Below are positions 56,550 to 64,000 of a stretch of 64,000 nt of DNA, piece after piece. Location: NCBI GenBank assembly GCA_947462835.1, contig CANHQM010000006.1, positions 52,115 through 116,114 on the forward strand, written 5' to 3'. The first letter of the stretch is position 1; every line of letters begins with the position of its first letter. The stretch is from Akkermansiaceae bacterium (GTDB lineage: Bacteria; Verrucomicrobiota; Verrucomicrobiia; Verrucomicrobiales; Akkermansiaceae). The notes beneath the pieces are model-generated. The model was not told the DNA's origin, did not search any database, and saw only the letters and a program-made list of their open reading frames with translations. The position numbers and the translations under genes were made by a program.

Positions 56550-57713
56550 ATGCCTTCCTCAAAAAACCGCCGATCTCCCGCCAAGACCATTGCGGTTTTT
56601 TTGAGCTGGCACGAGCCCCGAATCCTCAAGGGAATCGCCCGCTTTGCTCGGGAAAGAAATTGGGTGATCCTCTTCGATAACGCGCAGCCCAAAAGTTGGT
56701 CACCCATTCCCAAAAAGGTCGATGGATTGCTCTGCTTGATCGGGCCCGACCGCGCGGCCGCACGCTATCTTTTGAATTTGAAGCTGCCGATGGTGGCACT
56801 CTGCAACAGCGATGAAGGCCTGTTGGGAGAACAGCTGCGAATACTGCAGGACGATACCGCCTGCGGCCAAATGGCAGCGGAGCACCTCCTTTCGCTAGGC
56901 TTCGAAAACTTTCTGACCGTTGGCAAAAAAAACCGAACCTTCTTCCGCGACCGGATCTTGGGATTCACCGAGACGATCGGCCAGAGGGCGAAGGTGATCG
57001 AGCAGGTCTGGATCGGCGAGTCGCTGGCGCAGAACAGCCTGCGTGGTCCGATCGAGGCCGCAATCAGGAAACTGCCCAAGCCGCTGGCGATCTTCTCGCC
57101 CTCGGATGTGACCTGCGTGCATGTGATGCAATGCGCGTTGGAGCTAGGTCTCAAAGTGCCGGAGGATGTCGCGATCCTGAGCACCAACAACGACGAGCTG
57201 ATCTGCGATTTTTCCCCGGTGCCTCTTTCAAGCATCCGCCTCAACTTCACGCAAATGGGCTTCGAGGCAGCAGCCTTGCTGGACAGGGTGATGCGGGGCC
57301 AAGGGCCCAAGAAAAACATTCCGCCAATTTCCCCCGTCGGAGTGGTGAGCCGCCAAAGCACCCAGATCATGCTCGTACCCGATGAGCTAGTGAGCAAGGC
57401 ACTGCGCTACATCCGGGATCATCTTTCACGCCCGCTGCCGATTGAGGAGATCTCAGAGCATGTCGGCGTATCACACGCCACACTTGGTCGACTTTTTCGC
57501 AAACATCTGCGACGCTCGATCAAGGATGAAATCAGCTCCGGCCGGCTGGAAAAAGCTCGCGAGATGCTCAGCATCGGAAATCTGCCGATTCACAAGGTCG
57601 CCGCCGCCTGCGGGTTCAGCACGCCCAACTACTTCAACCATGTCTTCCAACGCGCCCACGGCGTGACCCCACGCAAGTTCCGTCTTGCCGCGAAAAAGGT
57701 GCATGATGAGTGA
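56550..57713 (+). CDS. XylR-type regulator (periplasmic-binding-protein-like sugar sensor domain + AraC HTH)
   Basis: The N-terminal about 270 aa is a LacI/PBP-type fold (IAVFLSW, LAIFSPSDV, VPEDVAILS). The C-terminal dual AraC HTH has HVGVSHATLGRLFRK and ACGFSTPNYFNHVFQRAHGVTPRKFR. Confidence 0.75.
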   Translation: MPSSKNRRSPAKTIAVFLSWHEPRILKGIARFARERNWVILFDNAQPKSWSPIPKKVDGLLCLIGPDRAAARYLLNLKLPMVALCNSDEGLLGEQLRILQDDTACGQMAAEHLLSLGFENFLTVGKKNRTFFRDRILGFTETIGQRAKVIEQVWIGESLAQNSLRGPIEAAIRKLPKPLAIFSPSDVTCVHVMQCALELGLKVPEDVAILSTNNDELICDFSPVPLSSIRLNFTQMGFEAAALLDRVMRGQGPKKNIPPISPVGVVSRQSTQIMLVPDELVSKALRYIRDHLSRPLPIEEISEHVGVSHATLGRLFRKHLRRSIKDEISSGRLEKAREMLSIGNLPIHKVAAACGFSTPNYFNHVFQRAHGVTPRKFRLAAKKVHDE

Positions 57714-57734
57714 GGCTAAAGAAGCGGCGGCTTG

Positions 57735-58160
57735 CTAAGGAGGCACGACACTCTTGTCGTGCTCTTCTGCAACGATGAACTGGAAGAGCGTCGAAGGTCT
57801 CAAAGTCGAAGGTCGGAAGTCGAAGAGTAAGCGACTTCTTCACCGTGGCTGGTTCTTCTTGATACAGGCCGTACGGTAGGGCGACGCGGCCCTGCGGCGC
57901 CGTAATGATCGCCGCAGGCGCCAAAGCGGGCAGGATGCCCGCGCTCCCTTGAAGAAGCGGCTGATTCTTTCGCTTCACCAAACATGGAGCGGGACGCTCC
58001 ATGGACGGCCTGGAGCAAGATGCTCCAGCCACATGAAGAGCCAGCCTCTTCTTTATCCCCAATAACCAATCACAAATAACCTATAACTCTTCCTCTTCGC
58101 GTTCATTCGCGGTTCAAAATTTCTTTTAAGAGCACGACAAGAGTGTCGAGCCCCCTTAGG
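57735..58160. mobile_element. MITE-like non-coding element, copy B (426 bp), same terminal arms as copy A plus a string of mini-hairpins
   Basis: Left arm CTAAGGAGGCACGACACTCTTGTCGTGCTCTTCTGCAAC (from 57735) is identical over 33 nt to the reverse complement of the copy A right arm. Right arm AAGAGCACGACAAGAGTGTCGAGCCCCCTTAGG (58128-58160). Internal hairpins at 57892-57917, 57926-57942, 57983-58003 and 58010-58028. Confidence 0.6.
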
Positions 58161-58256
58161 CCGCGGCGCCTGTTCCGCGCGCGTCACGGCATGCCTCCGG
58201 GCGCATATGCCCGCGAGGCGCGAATGTTGGGCTTGGGAAAAACCTGATGCAAAACC

Positions 58257-61200
58257 TCAGAAAAAATGCAGCGTCCGTTCCGGCGTGCGCATGATATTGC
58301 GCCAGTCCATGCGGAGCTTGGCGCCTGCCTTGCCAGGCTTCCAAACGATGAGGTAGTGGTTGTTGCCAGCTTCAAGGTCGATGTCGGGCACGGTGACCAC
58401 GCGGGAGGCGAGATCGACCTGAGCGATCGCTGCCGTGTTGAGGTGAAAGATCGCGGCCCCCTCCCCCTCGAAATCGCAGAACACCTGCTCTTCGGGGTTC
58501 GGGCAGTTGAGCACGCTGATCTCGCGGTTCTTGCGTGCACGCGGCGAGTGGATGGTGCCAGCGAGGATGACCGTCTCCGCGTTTTCAGCGGTGATCCAAC
58601 CATCCTTGATTTCGATTTCCTCCCAGCGCGACTGCGTGAGCATCTGGCGCGAGCCGAAAAAATCCTGCAACGGCTTGGTGGCCGCGACGAGGCGCGCGAG
58701 GCTTTCCGCATCGTGCGCTTCAAGGCAATGATGGATCTTGATCGGGAAGCCATCGCTGCGGTTTTCCGATTCGACGACTGGCACATCCCAGATGCGGTCG
58801 TTGAGTTTTTCCCCCGCGTTTCGACGGATGGCATTCAAGCAACGCACAAGCCGTAAGGGCGCTTCGGCAGCATCGTCGAGCATCGATAAAACAATACTCC
58901 CCTTGCCGTGGCGCACCACGCCGGCAATCACTCCATATTCGGCCAATTCGCTGCCGTAGCAGAAGCGGCTTGCGGTGTGGGCGCGCAGCATTTCGGAGCT
59001 GCCATCATAAACATAGAGTTCGCGCAGGGCGGAACGCGGGGCGGTGACGAATAGCTCATCCAGCCGCGCAGCCGGAATCAATAGGCGCGAGGCTACCTCT
59101 TTGTTCGGCAACTTGCTCCAGCCGTAGGTCCATGTTTCGATGCCGCAGAGATCGTGATGCGAGACACCCTGCACGATCGGAGGCTCCGATCCACTGGCGC
59201 GCACGGCCTGATAGATTCCATTCGGATCCACGCGCGGTTCCAGTCTGACGGCAAGAGCCTTGCCCCACTCGGCCAGCACGGCATCGGTGGGATTGCTGAC
59301 GATGATGGTCGCGCCTTTCGCCGCTTTTTCGAACAGCGACTGTGAAAACTCTTTCGTGGTTTCGACCTCGACGGAAGAACGGGGACTCCATGAAGCGGCA
59401 TGCCGGAGCATGTTGGTAAGCAAGAGTTCGGCCACCGGAAGATCGCCAAAGCGCTCGCCGATGAGCAACTGGCAGGCGAGAAGAAGTCCCGCACCATCCT
59501 CGATCTCAAGCAGCGCCTGACCCTCGAGATCACCGTTGCCGAAGCCGCCGTCACCCGTATCCGCAAGGCAGGCGGCATGACGGGCATCGCCTTTGGTGTA
59601 AGCGCTGCGAATGACAAAATGATCACCGTCGAGGGCTGGAAACGGCGTTCCACCCCAGAAACTCAGGAGTCCGTCGCCGATGTTTTCAAACACCGGATGC
59701 AGCGGCGAGCGTTTCCATGCGCTCACCACCGACTGTTCCTTCATCGGGGAACCGGGGAAGATGCTTGCGGTTTGCTCCAGCAGCACGACGCGCAGGCCGG
59801 CATCGAGCAATTCGCGCAAACGGTTCGCAGCCGTGGCTTTGATCGTGAACGGCGCCACCAGAACGATGCGATCCGAAGCGGGAGCGACTTCATCAAGCGT
59901 GGCGACGCATCGAACCGAGGCACCGAGCTTGACCAATGTTTCCGACAGACCTTCGCTCCCGACGAGCGTGACGCTCATTCCTTCCAGCGAGCGGTTGGAA
60001 GCGAATGACTTGGCAATGAACCATGGTCGCTCCCATGAGTCGCTGCCGGCATCGGATTCCAGTGTCACCGCATAGGCGTGTTCGCCGTTTGTTGTGACAT
60101 CGGCGATGGTCCAAGAGACTTCGACGCTTTCCACGCGCCCGCGTGCGACGGAGATGGCCGACTCATGGACCAGCTTGCCACCGAGATGCACGCGCAGGGT
60201 TCCATTGAGGTCCCTCGCGGAATCGTTGACCACATGCAAATGGCGCAGCACTTTCGCACCGGTGTGATACTGCGAGCGGCGCGACTCATCGATCACCGCC
60301 ACGGGACGGAATGCCTGCTGCATGAGATCGAAGGCCACCGAAGCCATGTAGCCTTTTTCTTCGGGCTTCCAAAATGCGAACTCACTGGAGTGCGGCGGAA
60401 CGATGAGCGGCTTGGCACCGGGCGCGCTCCAATCATCATAGTCGAGGCGCACCAACTCGGCGTCCATGCGTGGGTTCGAAAGGCACGATAGGTTCCAAGG
60501 AGCGAGCAGGCATACGCCGCGGATGCGGGCGCTTTCGATGATCAACAAAGCATCCTCGGAGGCCGAGCGCTCGATGCTGGCATAGTTTTCAAAAACCCCG
60601 TCGCCACCGAGAGCGAGGGTGTTGTTTGCTCCCATGAGGTGGTGGATCGACATCTCGCCAGCATGCAGCGGGCGCTTCTGATCCCACCAACCGTAACCAG
60701 CCACCTCCTTGCCGTAGTGGCGATTGATGATTTCCAATTCGCTCTCGTCCCACAGTGAGGTATCACCCTCGTGGTAAGCGGGCCGGGTTGGATCGAGTTC
60801 GTTGAAGAGTTGCCGGATCTTCGGCAGTTCCTCCTTGTAAAGCGGGGTCGTGTCGCGGTTCCAACGCATTTCATTCTCCACCGACCATAGGACCACGCAG
60901 GGATGATTGGAGTAATACTTCACGATGCCGCGCACCTGCTTGCGAGCGGCCTCCCAGTACTCCGGCGAGTCCGATCCCTGCTCGCCACCCGAGCCGTGGA
61001 TGCTGGTCTCGACGGTGATGAAGATGCCCATCTCGTCGGCGATCGCCAAGAACCGCTCGTCGTGCACATAGGCATGGAGACGGGTTTGGTTCATGTGGGC
61101 GTCGCGCAACATGCCGAACCACTGCCGCACCCATGACTCAGTGAGATGGTAAGGCGTGGCCTTGTGACCCCAGTCGGAGAAGAAATGAACGGGCTGACCG

Positions 61201-62156
61201 TTGAGCAGGATGTCCTTGCCCTCGATGGCGATGGTGCGGAAACCGAAGCGCTCCGATGCACGGTCGGATTCCTCACCGTTCACCAAGAGACGGGCACGCA
61301 GCAAATAAAGATTCGGCGCAAAGTTATCCCAAAGTTTCGCATCAGGAAAATGCACCCGCGCACTGACTTCACGGATGCCGCCGGCCGCGACCTCCGCCTC
61401 GATCGGCGCGCATGACAAGACCGACGACATCCCCCATGTGTCGGCATCCTTGGCCCACTCGGCCAGATCGGGATGGAGCGCAATGGTCACTGACTTGTCG
61501 CTGTCGTTGCGCAGCTCCCAAACGACATCGATGGTGTGGGTATCGACCGCGCGGATCTTCGTGTGCCCGATCGAGACTGCCGGATGGGTGCTGAGGAAGA
61601 CATCACCCGTGATCCCGCAGTGGGCGGTCATGTGAAACTCGTTGCCGCACGGAACCAGAGGGCGCCCGCGATCGTCGCGGCGGAAATCAGCAATGAACAC
61701 CGCCAGCTCGTTTTTTCCCTCGCGCAGGAAATCCGTGATGTCGGCCATCCAGCGCAGGCCGGGATCATCGTGCTCGCAAACAAATTTTCCATTCACGAAA
61801 AGTTCACCGCGGGGCATCACGCCCTTGAGGGTCAACACTGAACGCGTGCCGACGGCTTGCTTTTCCTGCACCCACTCGCGGCGCAGCCAACCGGAGCGTT
61901 TTTGCGCCCACTCCAAGGGATAGCCGTAGGCGTCGAAAAGAAACTCGTCCTCTTCGTGATACACATCCGTGGCCTTGAGTCCGCGATAGTGCCTCTCACC
62001 ACGACGGCGCACCGCAAAGCGGGACTTCGTCCACCACGAGGGAGTGAGGACGGCTTCAGGATTCCATCCCGTGGCGGGAACCTGGGCGGGGATTTCGGTC
62101 GTGGTGTCCACTGGCAGGAAATCCCACCAGCCGTTGAGGCATTGGTTGCTGATCAT
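58257..62156 (-). CDS. glycoside hydrolase family 2 protein with a C-terminal extension of about 650 aa
   Basis: N-terminal NGWWDFLPV sugar-binding domain, Ig-like domains and a TIM barrel with VVLWSVENEM (acid/base NE). The C-terminal half includes a GATase1-like segment RIVLVAPFT...GLRVVLLEQ. 1299 aa. Confidence 0.7.
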   Translation of the reverse strand: MISNQCLNGWWDFLPVDTTTEIPAQVPATGWNPEAVLTPSWWTKSRFAVRRRGERHYRGLKATDVYHEEDEFLFDAYGYPLEWAQKRSGWLRREWVQEKQAVGTRSVLTLKGVMPRGELFVNGKFVCEHDDPGLRWMADITDFLREGKNELAVFIADFRRDDRGRPLVPCGNEFHMTAHCGITGDVFLSTHPAVSIGHTKIRAVDTHTIDVVWELRNDSDKSVTIALHPDLAEWAKDADTWGMSSVLSCAPIEAEVAAGGIREVSARVHFPDAKLWDNFAPNLYLLRARLLVNGEESDRASERFGFRTIAIEGKDILLNGQPVHFFSDWGHKATPYHLTESWVRQWFGMLRDAHMNQTRLHAYVHDERFLAIADEMGIFITVETSIHGSGGEQGSDSPEYWEAARKQVRGIVKYYSNHPCVVLWSVENEMRWNRDTTPLYKEELPKIRQLFNELDPTRPAYHEGDTSLWDESELEIINRHYGKEVAGYGWWDQKRPLHAGEMSIHHLMGANNTLALGGDGVFENYASIERSASEDALLIIESARIRGVCLLAPWNLSCLSNPRMDAELVRLDYDDWSAPGAKPLIVPPHSSEFAFWKPEEKGYMASVAFDLMQQAFRPVAVIDESRRSQYHTGAKVLRHLHVVNDSARDLNGTLRVHLGGKLVHESAISVARGRVESVEVSWTIADVTTNGEHAYAVTLESDAGSDSWERPWFIAKSFASNRSLEGMSVTLVGSEGLSETLVKLGASVRCVATLDEVAPASDRIVLVAPFTIKATAANRLRELLDAGLRVVLLEQTASIFPGSPMKEQSVVSAWKRSPLHPVFENIGDGLLSFWGGTPFPALDGDHFVIRSAYTKGDARHAACLADTGDGGFGNGDLEGQALLEIEDGAGLLLACQLLIGERFGDLPVAELLLTNMLRHAASWSPRSSVEVETTKEFSQSLFEKAAKGATIIVSNPTDAVLAEWGKALAVRLEPRVDPNGIYQAVRASGSEPPIVQGVSHHDLCGIETWTYGWSKLPNKEVASRLLIPAARLDELFVTAPRSALRELYVYDGSSEMLRAHTASRFCYGSELAEYGVIAGVVRHGKGSIVLSMLDDAAEAPLRLVRCLNAIRRNAGEKLNDRIWDVPVVESENRSDGFPIKIHHCLEAHDAESLARLVAATKPLQDFFGSRQMLTQSRWEEIEIKDGWITAENAETVILAGTIHSPRARKNREISVLNCPNPEEQVFCDFEGEGAAIFHLNTAAIAQVDLASRVVTVPDIDLEAGNNHYLIVWKPGKAGAKLRMDWRNIMRTPERTLHFF

Positions 62157-62275
62157 GGTGTCAAAGCGTTGCAGAATGGATCATCCTAGGAATCGTCAAA
62201 AAACACCATGGCGCTTTGCGCATATGTTTTTGACTTTTTGCGCAAGTCTCGCCGCATTGAGGGAACCGGGGCTCC

Positions 62276-63367
62276 CTAATGGCTGCGAAAGGAAAGATAC
62301 AAGGCCGGGAGCGCGTCACGAAGTGCGGCCTGATTGGCAGCCGGATCCGGGCGGTGGTAAAGCCGGAATGCCGTGGGCTGACTGGTCGGCGTGGCGTCGA
62401 AGTGGCCATCGTCGCTCACCTTCACGTCCACGGGGATCATCTCCTCCGGCACGACGTAGTCATCAGCGCGAAGCTCCTCCAGTCGGAGGATTCGGCACGA
62501 GCCATCGGCTCGGCGCACCAACTTGCGCCCTGTGATGTTTTGCCAAACGGCCGTTTCCCACACTTTATGCTCCCAACCGGTGAGGGTGCGGAACGCTTCC
62601 GGCGCAGAAAGAGCCGGCCAATCCTCCTCCATGGCGCGGAGGTAGTCCATGCGCACCACACGCTGAAGGGCGAAACCCAGGTAACGGCGCAGGCTCGGCT
62701 CCATGTTGTCGATCCATCGCAGGTCGGGCATCGACCAGAAACTGTTGTTCGTGCCGAGATCGAAAGGTCCCTGATCGGTCGCACACGGATAAATGTCGAT
62801 GGGCAGGCCACTGCGCAGAAGTCCGACGAAGGCATGCGGATCGAGCATGACATTCCACTCCAGATAGCCCCGCGGGTATCCGCCTGCGCTCAAATGAATC
62901 CGCCGGACTTTCCTGCGGAACAACTCCGGATCGCGGTTGAACGCAGCGGTGACGGCCCGTGAGGAACAGAAAATGGCGATGTCCACAGGCTCATCCGATT
63001 CACGCAGGGTGCGCAAAATAAGTTCGACTCCCTGCTGCTGGAAGGCTGGAGCATCCGTGGACGCGTCGTCCGGCGAGCGAAGCGGCATAAACGGCCCGAC
63101 GGCGGCGGGCACGTTGCGGCCAAAAATATAGTTGAGCTGCAGGACGCTGACAAAGCCGGGATCGCGAGGCCCATGCTCATCACGGTAATGAGGGTTCGGA
63201 TGATCGGTGCGGGCCTGGCGAAAGCGCTCGGTGCAATCGAGCACGATGGCACGGAGCTCGATCTCTTCATTCAACGCGTAGGGAAGGACCAGATCAAAGT
63301 TGTCCCCCACATCCTGATGAGGGTGATACAAATCGGTGCAGTCGATAACGGGAATCCGTTGATTCAT
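62276..63367 (-). CDS. hypothetical protein, weakly nucleoside-hydrolase-like
   Basis: The N-terminal acidic cluster VIDCTDLYHPHQDVGDNFD resembles the Asp-rich metal site of IUNH-fold proteins. The CDS itself is well supported, but the function is tentative. Confidence 0.35.
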   Translation of the reverse strand: MNQRIPVIDCTDLYHPHQDVGDNFDLVLPYALNEEIELRAIVLDCTERFRQARTDHPNPHYRDEHGPRDPGFVSVLQLNYIFGRNVPAAVGPFMPLRSPDDASTDAPAFQQQGVELILRTLRESDEPVDIAIFCSSRAVTAAFNRDPELFRRKVRRIHLSAGGYPRGYLEWNVMLDPHAFVGLLRSGLPIDIYPCATDQGPFDLGTNNSFWSMPDLRWIDNMEPSLRRYLGFALQRVVRMDYLRAMEEDWPALSAPEAFRTLTGWEHKVWETAVWQNITGRKLVRRADGSCRILRLEELRADDYVVPEEMIPVDVKVSDDGHFDATPTSQPTAFRLYHRPDPAANQAALRDALPALYLSFRSH

Positions 63368-63453
63368 CGGGTGAGTTCAGTGTTTGTGTGAGAGTTTATT
63401 GCGCTCACTTCGTGAGCTTCGGACGATGGGTAGAATTTGCCCTCAAGATGTCA

Positions 63454-64000
63454 TCACAAGGCATCAACTTCGGATCTGAGGTGATAGGATGCCAGGGTGT
63501 CGCGGCGGGTGGTGGAGAGGCTGGCGGCGGCACATGCAAAACGCAGAGCCTGGATTTCATCGCAGCCTTCGGCGATCGCGGTGGCGAAAGAAGCGTTGAA
63601 GCTGTCCCCCGCGCCGACCGTGTCGCACACCTCCACCGGGAAAGCGGCCTGCTCGACGCGCCGGTCTCGGGCGATGAGCAAGGCCCCTCGCTCGCCCCGG
63701 GTGAAAATGACGGCGCCGACACCGAGTTCGAGCAACCCGGCAGCCAGTTGTTCCTCGGTGACGGGAGCAGCGGGATCGAGCCCGAGACATACTCGCGCCT
63801 CGGTTTCATTGGGTGTGAGATAATCGATGGCCGACAGGTCGAAGGCGGTCAGATCGCATGCAGGTGCGGGGTTGAGGATCGTGCGCGCCCCGGCGGCCTT
63901 CGCCGTAGCCAGACCTTCCAGTGCGGTGGCCAGAGGAATTTCGCACTGGGCGAGCGCCGCCCCACATCCGGCAAAAAGAGGACGGAGGCGTTCGAAATCA
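63454..64000 (-). CDS. rbsK: ribokinase / PfkB-family carbohydrate kinase; 5' end beyond the right edge
   Basis: ILNPAPA, LTPNETEA, AVIFTRGERGA and DTVGAGDSFNA motifs. The frame is open to position 64000. Confidence 0.75.
   Translation of the reverse strand, partial: DFERLRPLFAGCGAALAQCEIPLATALEGLATAKAAGARTILNPAPACDLTAFDLSAIDYLTPNETEARVCLGLDPAAPVTEEQLAAGLLELGVGAVIFTRGERGALLIARDRRVEQAAFPVEVCDTVGAGDSFNASFATAIAEGCDEIQALRFACAAASLSTTRRDTLASYHLRSEVDAL

Noticed and set aside
57634-58062. 142-aa ORF inside repeat element copy B
   Set aside because: Its sequence is produced by translating consecutive palindromic modules (for example SAGILPALAPAAIITAPQGRVALPYG). It has no start context and overlaps the regulator's 3' end, so I treat it as non-coding repeat.
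49828-58160. Composite transposon or integrative element carrying the sugar module
   Set aside because: No transposase, integrase, tRNA attachment site or target-site duplication is visible. Only the weaker claim, repeat-bracketed and possibly recombination-delimited, is kept as a finding.

Overview
GC-rich bacterial chromosomal window. Gene content (Bat aerotolerance operon, PEP-CTERM remnant, DUF5107/TPR protein, many short GC-rich palindromic intergenic modules) suggests Verrucomicrobiota, possibly Opitutales-like; this taxonomy is inference only. Positions 1 to about 49.7 kb are densely packed housekeeping genes: pssA-like, kamA-like, purF, purM, mgtE, rarA, HtrA-like protease, folK, accA, acpP, fba, coaC, an 8-kb MoxR/DUF58/BatA-E operon, holB, efp, ychF, thyA, rplM-rpsI, obg, dapF, smc, an orphan sdhB/frdB and panD. 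Mixed in are a VapBC pair, several peptidoglycan-related proteins and an orphan degenerate NtrC-family regulator. Positions 49.8 to 64 kb are an accessory glycan-utilisation region: GH36, a DUF5107-TPR protein coupled to a barrel-less GH42-like module, a XylR-type regulator, a 1299-aa GH2 protein, a nucleoside-hydrolase-like protein and ribokinase. This region contains two copies of a MITE-like element with nested palindromes, one gene-fragment junction and a 0.6-kb non-coding gap. I saw no rRNA, tRNA, CRISPR array, transposase, integrase or recognisable defence system apart from VapBC. The most notable items are the nested-palindrome elements bracketing the GH36/DUF5107/XylR module, the DUF5107 plus barrel-less GH42-like pair, the triple-degenerate enhancer-binding-protein-like response regulator, and an EF-P with Arg instead of Lys at the loop tip. 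All protein family calls come from motif recognition by eye, not from searches.
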